From assembly GCF_964204645.1 (NCBI RefSeq), contig NC_134029.1, positions 24,174,950-24,238,949 on the forward strand: a DNA stretch of 64,000 bases. The letters run 5' to 3'. A program made the translations under genes and the position numbers. This document shows, one piece after another, positions 12,501-25,483 of the stretch; the stretch's first letter is position 1, and each line of letters opens with the position of its first letter. The notes under the pieces are model-generated. The model did not search any database, had not been told where the DNA came from, and saw nothing but the letters and a program-made list of their open reading frames with translations. Source of the DNA: Tubulanus polymorphus (Eukaryota > Animalia > Nemertea).

Positions 12501-15500
12501 TGAGGAACTCAGTAAAGAACTATGGAATTGAGTTAAGATATGAGTTAATTCATTGTAAATGAACTGATTTTGACTCAGAGTTGACTCTAATTCATTCAAA
12601 ACTGTTCCAACTAGTTTCCAGTTTCACTGTCGTCTCTGAAGGTTATAAAATTACTGTAGTTTATGTTTCAATGTTTCTGCTGATGAGTGAAATTAACAAC
12701 GTTACATATTGATGCTGATCGATGATTTTACAGATCAACAATTATCGGTGATAGTATCTGTCGACTGTGTGAATTCGTAGGTCACGATGTCGTGCGGTTG
12801 AATCATGTCGGTGATTGGGGAACTCAGTTCGGAATGTTGATCGCTCATTTACAAGATAAATTCCCTAATTATAAAACTGAATCTCCGCCTATCGGTGACC
12901 TTCAGGCGTTCTATAAGGTACGTACAATCAACAGAACATCATGATTCAGTTCTCGTCTAGAATAAATCACATGTGAATCTTAGTTACAATGTGAATTGTT
13001 TGAAACATATAAACGTTTTAAACGCCTCTGCGGCCCATATCCCCTCCCCTGCCTCTGGAACTGTCAGATCCCCCTCCCCTGCCTCTGGAACTGTCAGATC
13101 CCCCTCCCCTGCCTCTGGAACTGTCAGATCCCCCTCCCCTGCCTCTTGAACCACCAGATCCCCCTCCCTTGCCTCTGGAACCACTAGATCCCCCTCCCCT
13201 GCCTCTGGAACTGTCAGATCTCCCTCCCCTGCCTCTTGAACCACCAGATCCCCCTCCCTTGCCTCTGGAACCACTAGATCCCCCTCCCCTGCCTCTGGAA
13301 CTTAAACAATCACTCCCCCTATCAATCAATGATTTCAGAAAAGTTCAGGACACATTCTAAACACGCCCTATTCAGACAATAGATTAACTAGAGGAGCCTA
13401 TTTAAAATATCTCACACTGCCCAGACCGCGATAACAAATTGAATTTTGACTTCGTAGTTTCCTAAGAGTTTGATATATGTTTTTTTTTAAAGGAATCGAA
13501 GAAGAGATTCGATGATGATGAATCGTTTAAAAAACGAGCTTACGATTCCGTTGTTAAACTACAGAATTACGATCCTGAATATATGAAAGCCTGGAATCTC
13601 ATTTGTGACGTCTCCAGAAAAGGTAATTATTACTAATCCTACTGAAATTTGCAGTACCTGAGAAGCTTGGGGGCGTTGTTAGTTTAGTATGAAATAGTTA
13701 TTCATAACTCATATTTTGAAGTTAGTGAGTACATACAATCTTAAACCTATTTATTTTGTTCTTCACTGATGTAAAAATCGACTATGATTTTGTCTCTGGA
13801 TTTAATCGTAGAATTCCAGAGAATTTACGAAAGACTCGATGTGAATTTGATTGAAAGAGGAGAATCATTTTATCAGGATCTGATGGGTGAAGTGGTGAAA
13901 TCATTAACTGATGCTGGTATGTATGTTACATCGTTTTCCTACTGTTCATTCTCAAATCACAGCTCATTCAACGAGTTTCAAAAATTGTGTTCAGGGTAAT
14001 TCTGGTGATTTGAATATCAATAATTAAACTCATTTGAACTGAGGAATGGGGTGCCTGGCCTAGGGTTCCCACTGTGGAGTGTTCGGCCCAACTGGGGGTT
14101 TTCACTGAAGAGTGCCCAGCCAGCCCGGGGTTTGATCAGGCCGGGGGTTTGAGAGTTGGAAGTATCTTGAAAAATTTGCCCGGTTTTCACAATTTTCTTC
14201 CCGTGTTTTAGGGTTACTGGAAGAAGATGACGGGCGAAAGATAATGTGGGCACCGGATGTAAAGATACCCCTGACTGTAGTGAAATCCGACGGTGGCTAC
14301 ACGTATGATACGTCAGATTTAGCCGCAGTTAGACATCGAATCCAAGAGGAGAAAGGCGATTGGTTGATTTATGTTGTAGATGGCGGTCAGGTATGAATCA
14401 AATCTCTTTCTAATCGAATCTATTTTGTTTTCAGTTGAAAATTAAGCATTAATTATACTTATACTTATTTTACCGAAAGACATGGAAAAATCAGGGAAAT
14501 TAATATGTTATTGACCACATGTTTTAATCAATACGCGACTTATGAAAAATGAATGGATTATTACATTTTAAACCATGCAATTTCTTCAAATTACTCGGGG
14601 GGGGGGAGGGGGGGATCTTGTGTTATAAGGTTAAAAAGCAGGGAAAAACTCGGGCCTGGTTTTATTGACTGGTATTAACTTTAACCTGGGGGCTAACTTA
14701 ATTCATTTTCAGTGTAGTTATCCCAAATGTTAAAGGTAATACCAGTCTATAAAAACTGGGCCCAGGGAATTTGTAAATGGGCGTAAAGTTGAAAACCTGT
14801 AGAACATCGATCGAAGAAGTAAATGTATGAATTGTCGTTTGTTTTAGGGAACTCATTTCCAAGCTATATTTGGTGCTGCTAAACGAGCTGGTTGGATTGA
14901 TCCTATTAAACACAGAGTTGAACATGTTGGTTTCGGGGTAGTTCTCGGTGAAGATAAGTAAGTTTTTACTTCGTTTATTTATATAAGAATAGATATTCAT
15001 CGTATATCATTGTGCATGAGTCTGGTTAATCGAACTTAGCTCAATAATTGACGAGTGATACATGCACGCAGCACCCTCGACCTAGCCTGGACCCTGCAAC
15101 TCTTCACTCTGTACCCCTGTGCTCCATTCAGCCTTGAATCTGAATCCGGCAACCTTCAGTTATTCAATATTTACCATTCCAATTTTTCATCGTCGATAAT
15201 TTGCATGTGTTCAGGACTTCATACCTGTGCTATTTTTAATTGAGAAGATTAATTACAAACACCAGGCATTCACTTTTTTATCGTATAGATTTTTGAAAGT
15301 GTGCTGATAAAATGAGTGAAGTGCAGTTTTTGAAACAAACCATCCACACTTCACACATTAATAGAGGATAATCTGTCACCGGTTTATAACCCGCCATATG
15401 AATTATATTCAGGCTATTTTCACCCTTTGAAAGGAGTTGAATTTCCAAGCTCGATGTTCACGATTAATTACCTAATATATATAACTGACAGGTTTCATTA

Positions 15501-18500
15501 CTGCTGTGTAGTATAATCTCTCTCAGGGCGTGGTTGTCTTCTTTAGAGTGAAAAATAGATTGGTTTGACATACAGGTTCCGTTTGACAAGTCTTTATTTT
15601 ATTCTTACATAATTACGATGTTTTATTCTCTAAATTTACAGAGGAAATACGATAACCGATGATTATTACGTGACATAAAAACCATGATTCATCAGAATCA
15701 GTAACATAAATATAACTGATTTTAACGATGTTTTTGAAATAAGGAGATATTTATAAAAGATAAATGAATTTATGACCTGTGTTTGGAGCTAGTTTGAATC
15801 TAAGCAGTCGACGAATACCACGATTAAAGTGGTTTTACTATACACAACTGCCTCGACCTAGTTCCACCTGCTGTGAGTTACATTTGTATTATATGTGCAA
15901 TGTTTCAACTCTATTGTGTCAAATCTTAACAACTGTGAAACTTGAACCTAAAAAAAGCACTAATTACTCTTAATTGAAGTATAGAGATGTTGCTCTTGAC
16001 ATCATTATCTGTTTGTCAACCAGTGCTGCACACTTGCAGTACATAACAACAACAAATGATTATCAGGAGGAGGGGAAGATTATCATCTAAGTCACTTGCT
16101 GGTCGTACACTGCGTTTGAATATGGCATAGTCAAATCAAAGAGCACATACTGCATAAACTCTTGTATCACTTTAGCCCAGGACTCAGAAAAAGTGAAACT
16201 CAAATATTGGATTGGCAAGATATTAAACTTAATTGTAAAACAACTACTTTCGCCATATTCCTGCAAAATGAGCTTATTTTTGACCGGCAGGCGGGGGATC
16301 GACCAGTTAACCAATGGGCAGGGGAGTCGACTAGTTGACCAGCGGGAAGGGGGGTCAAACAGTTGGCTGATGGGCAGAGGAGTTGACTAGTTGATCAGCG
16401 GACAGCGGTCCACCAGTTGATCGATGACCAGGAGCTTTGACTAGTTGACTGAAGGGCGGTCGACCAATTGACTGATATTTTGACCAATTATCCCCTCGCC
16501 GATTGATTGTGAACCGTGGAATTAGAACAGAATTTAAATTTTTTATATTCTCCGCGGATTTCGACGTCGACGAAAAGAATGAAAATGGGCAAAATAACGA
16601 CGTTTAAACTGGAGAACGCCGTGAAAAACATCGCGGCGTTCAAATAATACAACACGCTGATATAATTCTGTAAAACCGCCACAACCAACGTCGGAAAAAT
16701 CAAACCAAGATTTACGGAAATCATAATCAGGTAATATTTCAATTGTTGAATATTCTCTACTGCGGTTTCCATGGTAATCGATGTTGTCCGATCCGATTGT
16801 TTTATGTTGGTCGATTCGATGGTGTTGATCGTTTCGAGGTACTCGGTAGCGCCCCCTGTAGTATTAGACTCGTGGTACGGGTAAACTCCTCCATGTACCC
16901 GAGGGTTACACAGTTGATACTGTAACGCCGTTACATCCACCGACCACTGCTGCACGTATCTATAACTAGACGTGTTGACGTACCGATATTGAGTCGACTC
17001 CGCGGTGGCTCCCTCTATATTCGTATCGTTGCTACCGGCGACGGTTTGAACGTCGCGTTCTTGGACGTAGATAATCGACACCGGAGAGCAGTGTCTGCGC
17101 GTACCGGTAGCTCCACCTCCTACCTCCGCTCTCGAGTCTGATGATCCCGCGACGTCGGTTTCCGGGACAACTCTTTGTTGTCGTTTGAATTTGAATTCGT
17201 TGGTCGACGTCATGTACGTGACGAGTTTAGACTTCACTTTAATACCGATCTGAGCGCTAGTAACCGTAGCGACCGTACTGATAACGCTTAAACACAGAAT
17301 CAATATTCCCTCGGCCGTGAAACTTTGAGTTTTAACGTTTAAATCTCGCGCGCACATTTTAACGAGCGGTAATAAAGTGTGTAATACGATATTACGCGGT
17401 ATTCCGTAGAGAACGGCCGTTATCCAGATCACGACGATCACTAGTCTATGAGCGAACAGTTTTGATTTCGACCGTTCCGCGTCTGCGGACGTTTCATCAT
17501 TTTTCTCGAATATCTTCACGAATGTCATCGCTAATAGCGACGCGAACGCCGATATATTTAGCGTTTGTCGGAGGCAGTATTCGGCGTTGTTAAAGAACGG
17601 AGTGGTGTCCGTTTCGCAGTCCGTTCTCCGTAGAATTAGTCCGATCTGTAACGGCGTACACAGGAACGTCTTCGCGATATTAGTGATGAAGTAATTCACG
17701 TGATACACGTAACGAATATCGCGACACAATCGACCGCGACTGCACAATAGAATCAACAGAAATATATTCACAAAGATCCCGAAAGTCGTTGAAATAATCA
17801 GCGATAATGCGGAAAATCCCAGATTCACCGAATTATAGGTGACAGTGCCACCTAGTGATGAGTTAGAGAACTTGAAAACCATTTTGTTCGCCTATCCTCC
17901 TCCTACAAAAGCAGAATAAGTTCTGTTATATTGAAGACATTTCAGCAGAATGTCCTCTTTCCCTGTATGAGAGACTCTTATTGAAGTGATAATTGGAAAG
18001 TAATGATCTCATGTAGGTGATTCCTCTGTTATGTTACAGTAACACTTACTGAAACGTGTTGTGATCCCTGCTGTGATCCCGGTTGTGATCTCGGTTGTGA
18101 TCCCGGTTGTGATCCAGGTTGTGATCCCTGCTGTGATCCCAGTTGTGATCCCGGTTGTGATCCCGGTTGTGTTCCTGCTCTAGAAATATAAGATATAATC
18201 TGGAAAGATTAATCACTTGAAACCAGACTGATCTAAAGTCTTTGAGCTGCCATTGACTCCAGGGTATTCATATAAACTGGGCTGGAATATAGGTAGGGAA
18301 CGAACTAGTTTTTTGTCCTGGTTTTATTGTGGTTCTACGCGGGCCGTGTTGACCATGTTTTTTTTCCTGATGTCGCAAGGACAATGATACAGCTGAGCTG
18401 CTTAAAAGCATCGATGATAGAAAACGGATGCAACAGGCTCCGTTCAACAACCTGTCATATCAAATACAAACATAGTCCGTTCCTCCTCAACAGTCAATGA

Positions 18501-21500
18501 ATGCTAATTAATCAATCAGCCTTGTGTATTACAGTTCATTATACACAAATCAGTGTCATGTTACAAAAAAGAAATCTATGTCTTGAAAGAGAATTTAATT
18601 AGTTACATACTGTTATTGATATATGTATCAATACTGTGGTAGGATCTATTGAAAATGTCTCCTAAACGGCTGAGTGTCCTTCAACTGTCGCTGAGTAGTT
18701 TAAAGTGTCTCTCAAACTGCTGAGTATCCCTCAACTGTCGCTGAGTAGTTTAAAGTGTCTCTCAAACTGCTGAGTATCCCTCAACTATCGCTGGGCTAGT
18801 TTAAAATGTCTCTCAAACTGCTGAGTATCCCTCAACTATCGCTGGGCTAGTTTAAAATGTCTCTCAAACGGCTGAGTGTCCTTCAACTATCGCTGGGCTA
18901 GTTGAAAGTGTCTCTCAAACTGCTGAGTATCCCTCAACTATCGCTGGGCTAGTTGAAAGTGTCTCTCAAACTGCTGAGTATCCCTCAACTATCGCTGGGC
19001 TAGTTTAAAGTGTCTCTCAAACTGCTGACTTTCCCTCTGTTGCTGCTGGGCTAGTTTAAGATGTCTCTCAAACATGATGTCTCTATGGTAAAATAGTAGT
19101 ACAGATACCACCAGTTGTATGAATACCTAGGTGAATATGTCATTCTTATCAAACTGTGTTTACACATCAATTACCCTCGCAATTCATTAATACTGAATCT
19201 CCACAATAAATCTACACTCACAATGTAGCAGAAATACACTGTACAAACAACGTGACTTCTTTTCCGAAATTCCGGAAATCATCGTTTTTAAGTTTATGAA
19301 ACCTGGAATTCAAGTTGCGATCGCCTGTGAAGTTTTAAATTGTAGTCTTATTCGGCATATGCATGAATTATTTAATGTTCTTGCACCCACTAACCCCCCT
19401 GCCCCCCTGCTTGATCAATCAAACATTAGTTAAAAAGTCTGGATCTAGTTTCATCATTGAGAGTACAACTCATGCGTTTTAACCATAGAGTCTAATTTAA
19501 TCAATCACTATTGAACTGTCTATGATTATATTACATCATTATACATGAATTCTAATTAGTTCAGCAATATTTTACTTACTTACTGAATAAAAGAACTGTG
19601 AACGACGAGCAGCTGATGTTAATAACTGACTGAACGTTCTGTGTTCATCACTAGCACGTTACTGAACGTTCTGTGTTCATCACAAGCACGTTGTTACCGT
19701 GACATTCACTGATGATTGATGTGTTATAAACAATTACGTCTATTGAGCCAAAGAAGATGTGTCTGCAGTCTTGTGGATGTGTCTGCAGTCCTGTGGATGT
19801 GTCTGCAGGTCTTGTGGATGTGTCTGCAGTCTTGTGGATGTGTCTGCAGGTCTTGTGGATGTGTCTGCAGGTCTTGTGGATGTGTCTGCAGTCTTGTGGA
19901 TGTGTCTGCAGTCTTGTGGATGTGTCTGCAGGTCTTGTGGATGTGTCTGCAGTCTTGTGGATGTGTCTGCAGTCTTGTGGATGTGTCTGCAGTCTTGTGG
20001 ATGTGTCTGCAGGTCTTGTGGATGTGTCTGCAGGTCTTGTGGATGTGTCTGCAGTCTTGTGGATGTGTCTGCAGTCTTGTGGATGTGTCTGCAGTCTTGT
20101 GGATGTGTCTGCAGTCTTGTGGATGTGTCTGCAGTCTTGTGGATGTGTCTGCAGGTCTTGTGGATGTGTCTGCAGTCTTGTGGATGTGTCTGCAGTCTTG
20201 TGGATGTGTCTGCAGTCTTGTGGATGTGTCTGCAGTCTTGTGGATGTGTCTGCAGGTCTTGTGGATGTGTCTGCAGTCTTGTGTCTGTGTCTGCAGTCCT
20301 GTGGATGTCTGCAGCATCATTGCCATTGCTTTCAATATTTCTGACAAATTCCAAGCTAATTCAAGTTTTGTATACCCATGTACAGGCAAATTGTGATTTT
20401 CAAGTCACCAAGCCCCAATTTGTATTTCTAAAAATCACCCGAAAATTCCAATTCCTGTGAGGTTTCACTGCGTTTTAAACATTCATGAAAATCAATGGGA
20501 TTTTTGAAGTTCCTTCCTTTGTTATGAAGTGTCAAGTCAATTATGACCGAAGATTCATTTTGCGAGGAACAGCCTTCATCAACCTTTTTTATTTATGCTT
20601 TTGCAGGAAAAAATTCAAGACTCGCTCAGGCGATACCGTTAGACTAGTCGACTTGTTAGATGAAGGCGTCAACAGAGCTGATGCTAAACTCAAAGACAGA
20701 GAAAGACATTTGGTTAGTAATTGTTTGCATAAAACTAATAAGTTTGGATATTTTTGGACTGAGGAAATGTCTGAAGACTTGCGAGTGATATCCGAGCTGG
20801 GTGTTTGGTACGTCGGTCCGGAAATTGTAGGATCTGATTTGAGAGAAGTCGAATGTATTTATATTTCGTAAATCATCAGGGATTCGTCATCATATATTAT
20901 TACTGTCAGTGTTAAACTGCTTGAACTCCCAGTGAGTAACAGTAGTTGCAAATCAAACGCATTTGCAATTTCCCTTCTGTTTTACATAGTATTATTAATT
21001 GACGGTTTTATAAGCATCAAATCAATTGAAACATGGAAGAGGCAACATAGTGGTCATATACTGATGGGAGGGGTTACACGTTGATAGGTGTTAGGTGTGT
21101 GAAACTATCAGATAATCTGTCGAATGAAAGGCACCCGTCTGCCTGTGAACTAACTTGTTGTCTCTTAAAGATTTCATCCGTGTCCATGGATACGTCTTAC
21201 AATAATTACTCGTTCTAAAAGTAGCCTAATAGTAAAATAATAGCTGTTTTCTAGTTTTTAATGGTTCTATAAATAGCCTAAAATATTTCTAAAAGGTTAC
21301 GCAAATAGTAGGATAAAAACCCACTATCTACAAATTACAAGAATTTAACAACAAGAAATTTATTTATTCGAACAATTTGAAATATATAAAATACACAACG
21401 TCATTTCGATGTCACCCTAGAGATCATCGTCAGGTGTTTGAGTGTGGTTATCGTTCTGTTACACTATATAGGTTTCAAAAATAAAAATTCTTAGATTTTG

Positions 21501-23792
21501 GACTTAGCTACCAGTATTTCAAAGTCCGTTTTAGTCAGTCTGTCCACTGATTAACTCGTATTGAACCCCCAACGATGAAAACTTGATCTACATAGTTCAT
21601 TTTGTCATGCGATAATCTGAGGCAATCAGCTCTGCTTAATAACAGAGTGGTCGACTGTAATAAGTCTTGTATTGAGCCATGGTTAAACCTGAGTCTCAAT
21701 GCAATATACGAATAATGCTGTCATTATTTCCATTTATTCAAATTGATGAAATGTAAGAAATGAAATGAATCAATATTTTGCAGGTGTTATCTGAAGATGA
21801 ACTGAAAGCTGCTCGAGATGCTGTAGTTTATGGATGCATTAAATACGCTGATTTATCTCATAAAAGAACTCTCGATTATGTTTTCTCATTTGACAAGGTA
21901 AAGTAAATAAAATCTAATCTTTTTTGGCTGTCAGGGAAGGAGGTTCGTAAAGAGCCTGTGTTGCGTATTCTACGTACCTAGCCTTACCTACCTAGTTTCT
22001 CAAATAAGTTAACATGATTTCCACAATACAGGATGAATTGGGACAAACTTGGGCATTCCAAAATGATACTTATCGGTTTGGGGTCATTCATTTATCTTCG
22101 GCATTTTTTTTTCGAAATCATCAATCACCACTAATACGTTGATGACCCCGTTTAAGGGTTGTATCTCCACTTAAACTCAGGCCCCATTTCCATTTGAGAA
22201 AATTGAAAAATCACTCATGAAATAAATGAAAAATTTAATTCATGTAATTGTAGGAACAATAAGTGTTCGGTAAGATCGTGCGTCAGTTCCTCCCTCCGTT
22301 TGGAACTTTACTCAATGAATGTATAATCTGTACTAAAACTTGATGATGTTTATAATATTACAGATGTTGGATGATCGCGGTAACACTGCTGCATATTTAT
22401 TATATGCTTATACCAGAATTAGGTAAGAACTAATGGATTGAACATTCCCTTCACTGAAACATGCTATAGTTGACTCTGCTCATTACCAATTCTGGGAATT
22501 TTACTCAAAATATATTTGGAAACGCTTTCTGAACTCTGTGAAACTTTAACAACAATCGCTACTGAGTTCTCTGATTCTTAACGTGATGAAATATTTATAA
22601 ACATATAAAACATTCTCAACTTAAAACTAAATAAGGTAGAGTTAACCGTATCATGCATTACTAGTACATCAGAAATATTATATATATTTTTTTCCTGCGT
22701 ATTTGTAGTTGAAATATTCATCTTATTCAGGTCGATCGCAAGAAACGCCAACTTCACCTCGCAACAGTTAACGAAAGCTGCATTGACGACAGATCTGAGC
22801 CTCAACCACGAGAAAGAATGGAAACTCGGAAAATGTTTACTGAAATTCCCAGAAATTGTCACGAAAATGTTAGAAGAGCTTTATTTACATGTGTTGTGTG
22901 AATATTTATATGAATTATCGACAACATTCACCGAGTTTTATGATTGTTGTTACTGCATCGAGAAAGATAAGCAAACAGGTAAGAGCAGCACCCCGGCCCT
23001 CTGCTTCAATTGAGAATCTAAATCTATATCAAAGATTACAGTTTCTGAGCGCTATATGATACATTTTTTGGTATAATTCTATAGGAAAGGTTGCTATTGA
23101 AGGTATCCATCCATTCTTACTTCGAGAGTGTGCCCTTTAAAACATGCATTGTTTGCTTCAGACCTGCGTTTTGCAAATGTCTTGAAATTAGCATTATGAA
23201 TTACGTGTGAATGCTCTTCTAGTCAGATATTTCACGAGTTGCATGTTGAGCTGATTCCAACTAAAAAGCTAATGATTGGAAACCAGTTCCACAGTTTAAC
23301 TAGGGCCTAAAGAGATTAGTTTAATATTTCCAATTTTGAACTCTGGCCCCCTTCTGATGATTTAACTCTAGGGTCAAATCTGGACCGCCAACTGTGGAAC
23401 TGAGTTGGTAATTACAGTAGACTCCGCCCAAGTCTGATCTGATCAACTCAGATGATATTTGAAATATATTTTGTGATACTATATATTAATACATAAAATC
23501 CAACTGGGATATCATTTTATGGTCACAAAAGATCCGACTCTACTGTAGTTAGACTGAAAGATATGTTTAAGAAATCTGCCATTCTGAAGTTGTGTATTGA
23601 AACGTTCAGTTCTGAAGTTTGATGCTTCTCAGGTTATCTTTTCATCTTTCTGATTTTCTGATGTTTGTTTTCTTATTTTTAGGTGAAGTGAAAACAGTTC
23701 ATATGCATCGTTTATTACTATGTGAAGCAACTGCTAATATCATGGCGACTGGATTTAAAATACTTGGATTAAGAACTATCAGTAGAATGTAA
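9548..23792 (+). CDS. RARS1: Cytoplasmic arginyl-tRNA synthetase; 15 coding exons
   Basis: Exons 9548-9592, 10693-10830, 11417-11605, 11777-11866, 12088-12266, 12734-12917, 13493-13622, 13812-13916, 14212-14390, 14848-14957, 20607-20712, 21784-21897, 22364-22422, 22731-22978, 23683-23792. Motifs [68 protein letters not shown], terminal RM*. Confidence 0.97.
9916..10430 (-). mobile_element. 5'-truncated LINE 3' end in RARS1 intron 1
   Basis: Minus ORF 10198-10422 (NIWQKLP...[12 protein letters not shown]...CNNPNCYNC) resembles a LINE ORF2 C-terminus; element ends in AATAAA plus a short (TTGAAC)n tail on the minus strand. Confidence 0.6.
13038..13300. repeat. 30-bp minisatellite (~9 copies) in RARS1 intron 6
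   Basis: Unit atccccctcccctgcctctggaactgtcag with variants. Confidence 0.95.
16488..17882 (-). CDS. Intronless, highly divergent rhodopsin-class GPCR-like protein (464 aa), nested antisense in RARS1 intron 10
   Basis: Seven hydrophobic segments, N-terminal NSS sequon, TM1 GIFVN, Cys at top of TM3, TM4 W and P, long loop between TM5 and TM6, TM6 Pro, TM7 followed by helix-8-like EIRGEYKK. Confidence 0.75.
   Translation of the reverse strand: MVFKFSNSSLGGTVTYNSVNLGFSALSLIISTTFGIFVNIFLLILLCSRGRLCRDIRYVYHVNYFITNIAKTFLCTPLQIGLILRRTDCETDTTPFFNNAEYCLRQTLNISAFASLLAMTFVKIFEKNDETSADAERSKSKLFAHRLVIVVIWITAVLYGIPRNIVLHTLLPLVKMCARDLNVKTQSFTAEGILILCLSVISTVATVTSAQIGIKVKSKLVTYMTSTNEFKFKRQQRVVPETDVAGSSDSRAEVGGGATGTRRHCSPVSIIYVQERDVQTVAGSNDTNIEGATAESTQYRYVNTSSYRYVQQWSVDVTALQYQLCNPRVHGGVYPYHESNTTGGATEYLETINTIESTNIKQSDRTTSITMETAVENIQQLKYYLIMISVNLGLIFPTLVVAVLQNYISVLYYLNAAMFFTAFSSLNVVILPIFILFVDVEIRGEYKKFKFCSNSTVHNQSARG
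18057..18175. repeat. 12-bp tandem repeat
   Basis: (tgtgatcccggt)n, about 9-10 copies. Confidence 0.9.
18652..19072. repeat. ~50-bp minisatellite (~8 copies)
   Basis: Unit aaagtgtctctcaaactgctgagtatccctcaactatcgctgggctagttt. Confidence 0.92.
19756..20314. repeat. 20/21-bp minisatellite (~27 copies)
   Basis: Unit gatgtgtctgcag(g)tcttgtg, nearly invariant. Confidence 0.97.
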
Positions 23793-24095
23793 ATTAATAC
23801 TGTGGAAATTGAATACAAATAAAATATTTAAATAAAATATTATTCCGGAAATAAAACAGCTGTTATTGTTGTCGTAAATTATAGCACATTTATTTGTGGG
23901 ATAAAATAGGATCTCGCTTGGCCGGCTGTTGTACAGTGATTTCAAACCCATTTGGTCTTAGCTTTTCAACAATCCCTGGTGGAACTAGAAACAACTATAA
24001 CGTTGCTATCTAGCAGGGATTTAGAACGAAAAGTATCTGAAGGAAACGACTAAGAGACTGCGTTCGATGATCCCATTAAAATGTCTTAATAGAGC

Positions 24096-24160
24096 ACTCC
24101 CTGACGGGATTCGAACCGACCGATGAGCCTCCATGAGTTGAGAACTAACCGCCAGCCAAG
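24096..24160 (-). mobile_element. tRNA-derived SINE-like head or degenerate tRNA
   Basis: Minus strand TGGCTGGCGGTTAG (A-box-like) ... GGTTCGAATCCCG (B box). Confidence 0.45.
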
Positions 24161-24263
24161 TGACGTCATGAGGGTTATCCTTGCATGACGTCAATAGCTA
24201 GGGTTATGGTCATTCCAACATGACGTCATTGCTAGGGTTAGGGTCTATCCTTGGATGACGTCA
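24161..24263. promoter_or_regulatory. Cluster of four full CRE palindromes upstream of the SLC7 gene
   Basis: TGACGTCA at 24161, 24186, 24221, 24256. Confidence 0.6.
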
Positions 24264-24619
24264 TGAGCTCGGGTGTTACGCTGGATATGAACTAACCTCA
24301 CCCACGTATGTACAACACAGGTGACATCTGGCGGAAGATCTTGTAATCAGTGAGTAGGTGATATTTACACTTTACACGTGAAGCTGGTGCCGCCGGTCTG
24401 CGAACTGAATTCAATTACACTCGATAGTTTTACAGGTAATTACTGTCTCTCTATCAATCAGTCTGTGAGTTCATTATTAATCAATGTCCTCACACTTATT
24501 TCTATTATCACTTTAAAAGTTATTTCGTTGTTTCTATCGTCACTTAAAAAAAATTAAAATCCATCCTATTTACCGCCAGAGTCCGTTAGAACCCGCCGAC
24601 TGGCCGGCGTAATCAGGTT

Positions 24620-24941
24620 ATTGCGTCATTGATCACTTGAGACTGCACCTAAAATTAATCAAAGAGAGATATCGAATATCACCTGTCTCGTTGTAGAGAT
24701 TGTTTATTTTTGTAATTTATGGCATTGCATTTTTTGGTGGTTGTCTGTCAGCAGAGAGTTATAGTGTCTGCTGTGTGTAGACTGAAGGTGATGCAATAAT
24801 AATCATCAGGTTTTTATTATTCAGTCGGTCAGTTGCTCAAAAATTGTTAAGGGTTAACCAGTGGATAGTGGAGATAGTGACAATTGAAGTCAAATTGCTT
24901 TATCCGTTGGTTATCTTTGAGCATCCCAGGTTTGATGTAAT
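24620..24941 (+). promoter_or_regulatory. C/EBP-ATF (amino acid response element)-like sites in probable first intron of the SLC7 gene
   Basis: ATTGCGTCA 24620, TGATGCAAT 24789, TGATGTAAT 24933; probable 5'UTR donor at ~24436 and acceptor at ~25456. Confidence 0.5.
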
Positions 24942-25483
24942 TGGGTTTTTGATTATTTGCGCCTGTTGAGTAGGATACAACAATATCGGTGTATTTATAT
25001 CGGTGCCTGGTCTCAGCTCAGAGTTGGTTTTGGAATATTCAACTCTGAATGACTTTTAAAAATAGATTTCTAGTAATTCTAGTGAAGTGTTTGTTCTATG
25101 ATTAGATTCATAACGTATTGTGAAGTGTTATTAGTAGATTACAACTATTCTGTTATTGATTTATTACTTAATCAGTCAAGGGTTAGAATTAGTGTATGGC
25201 ATCCATATTATTAATTTTTGAACAATTGGTGGGTGAGGAATAGAAGTTTCCGATATTTGACCCCCCTTCATAGATGTGTCCTATACTTCATGACTGCCAT
25301 AATCCAGCTGCCTAAGACTCAGACCCCTAGAAGTATTCTGAACACTTGAGCACATTTTCTAAACTGGACTTAAATCCCATAAAAAGATAATTCTTGAATG
25401 GTAAAATACTTGATTTCTGTTAGTAATCAACAGGAAATGATCTTATGATTTTCCAGGTCTGAAAGTTAATCGAAAAGGACGCG

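Noticed and set aside
12984-13360. Gly/Arg-rich and Pro-rich ORFs
   Set aside because: Translations of the intronic 30-bp minisatellite.
19716-20460. Five overlapping 195-233 aa ORFs, including Cys-rich metallothionein-like ones
   Set aside because: Stop-free 20/21-bp minisatellite open in many frames on both strands.
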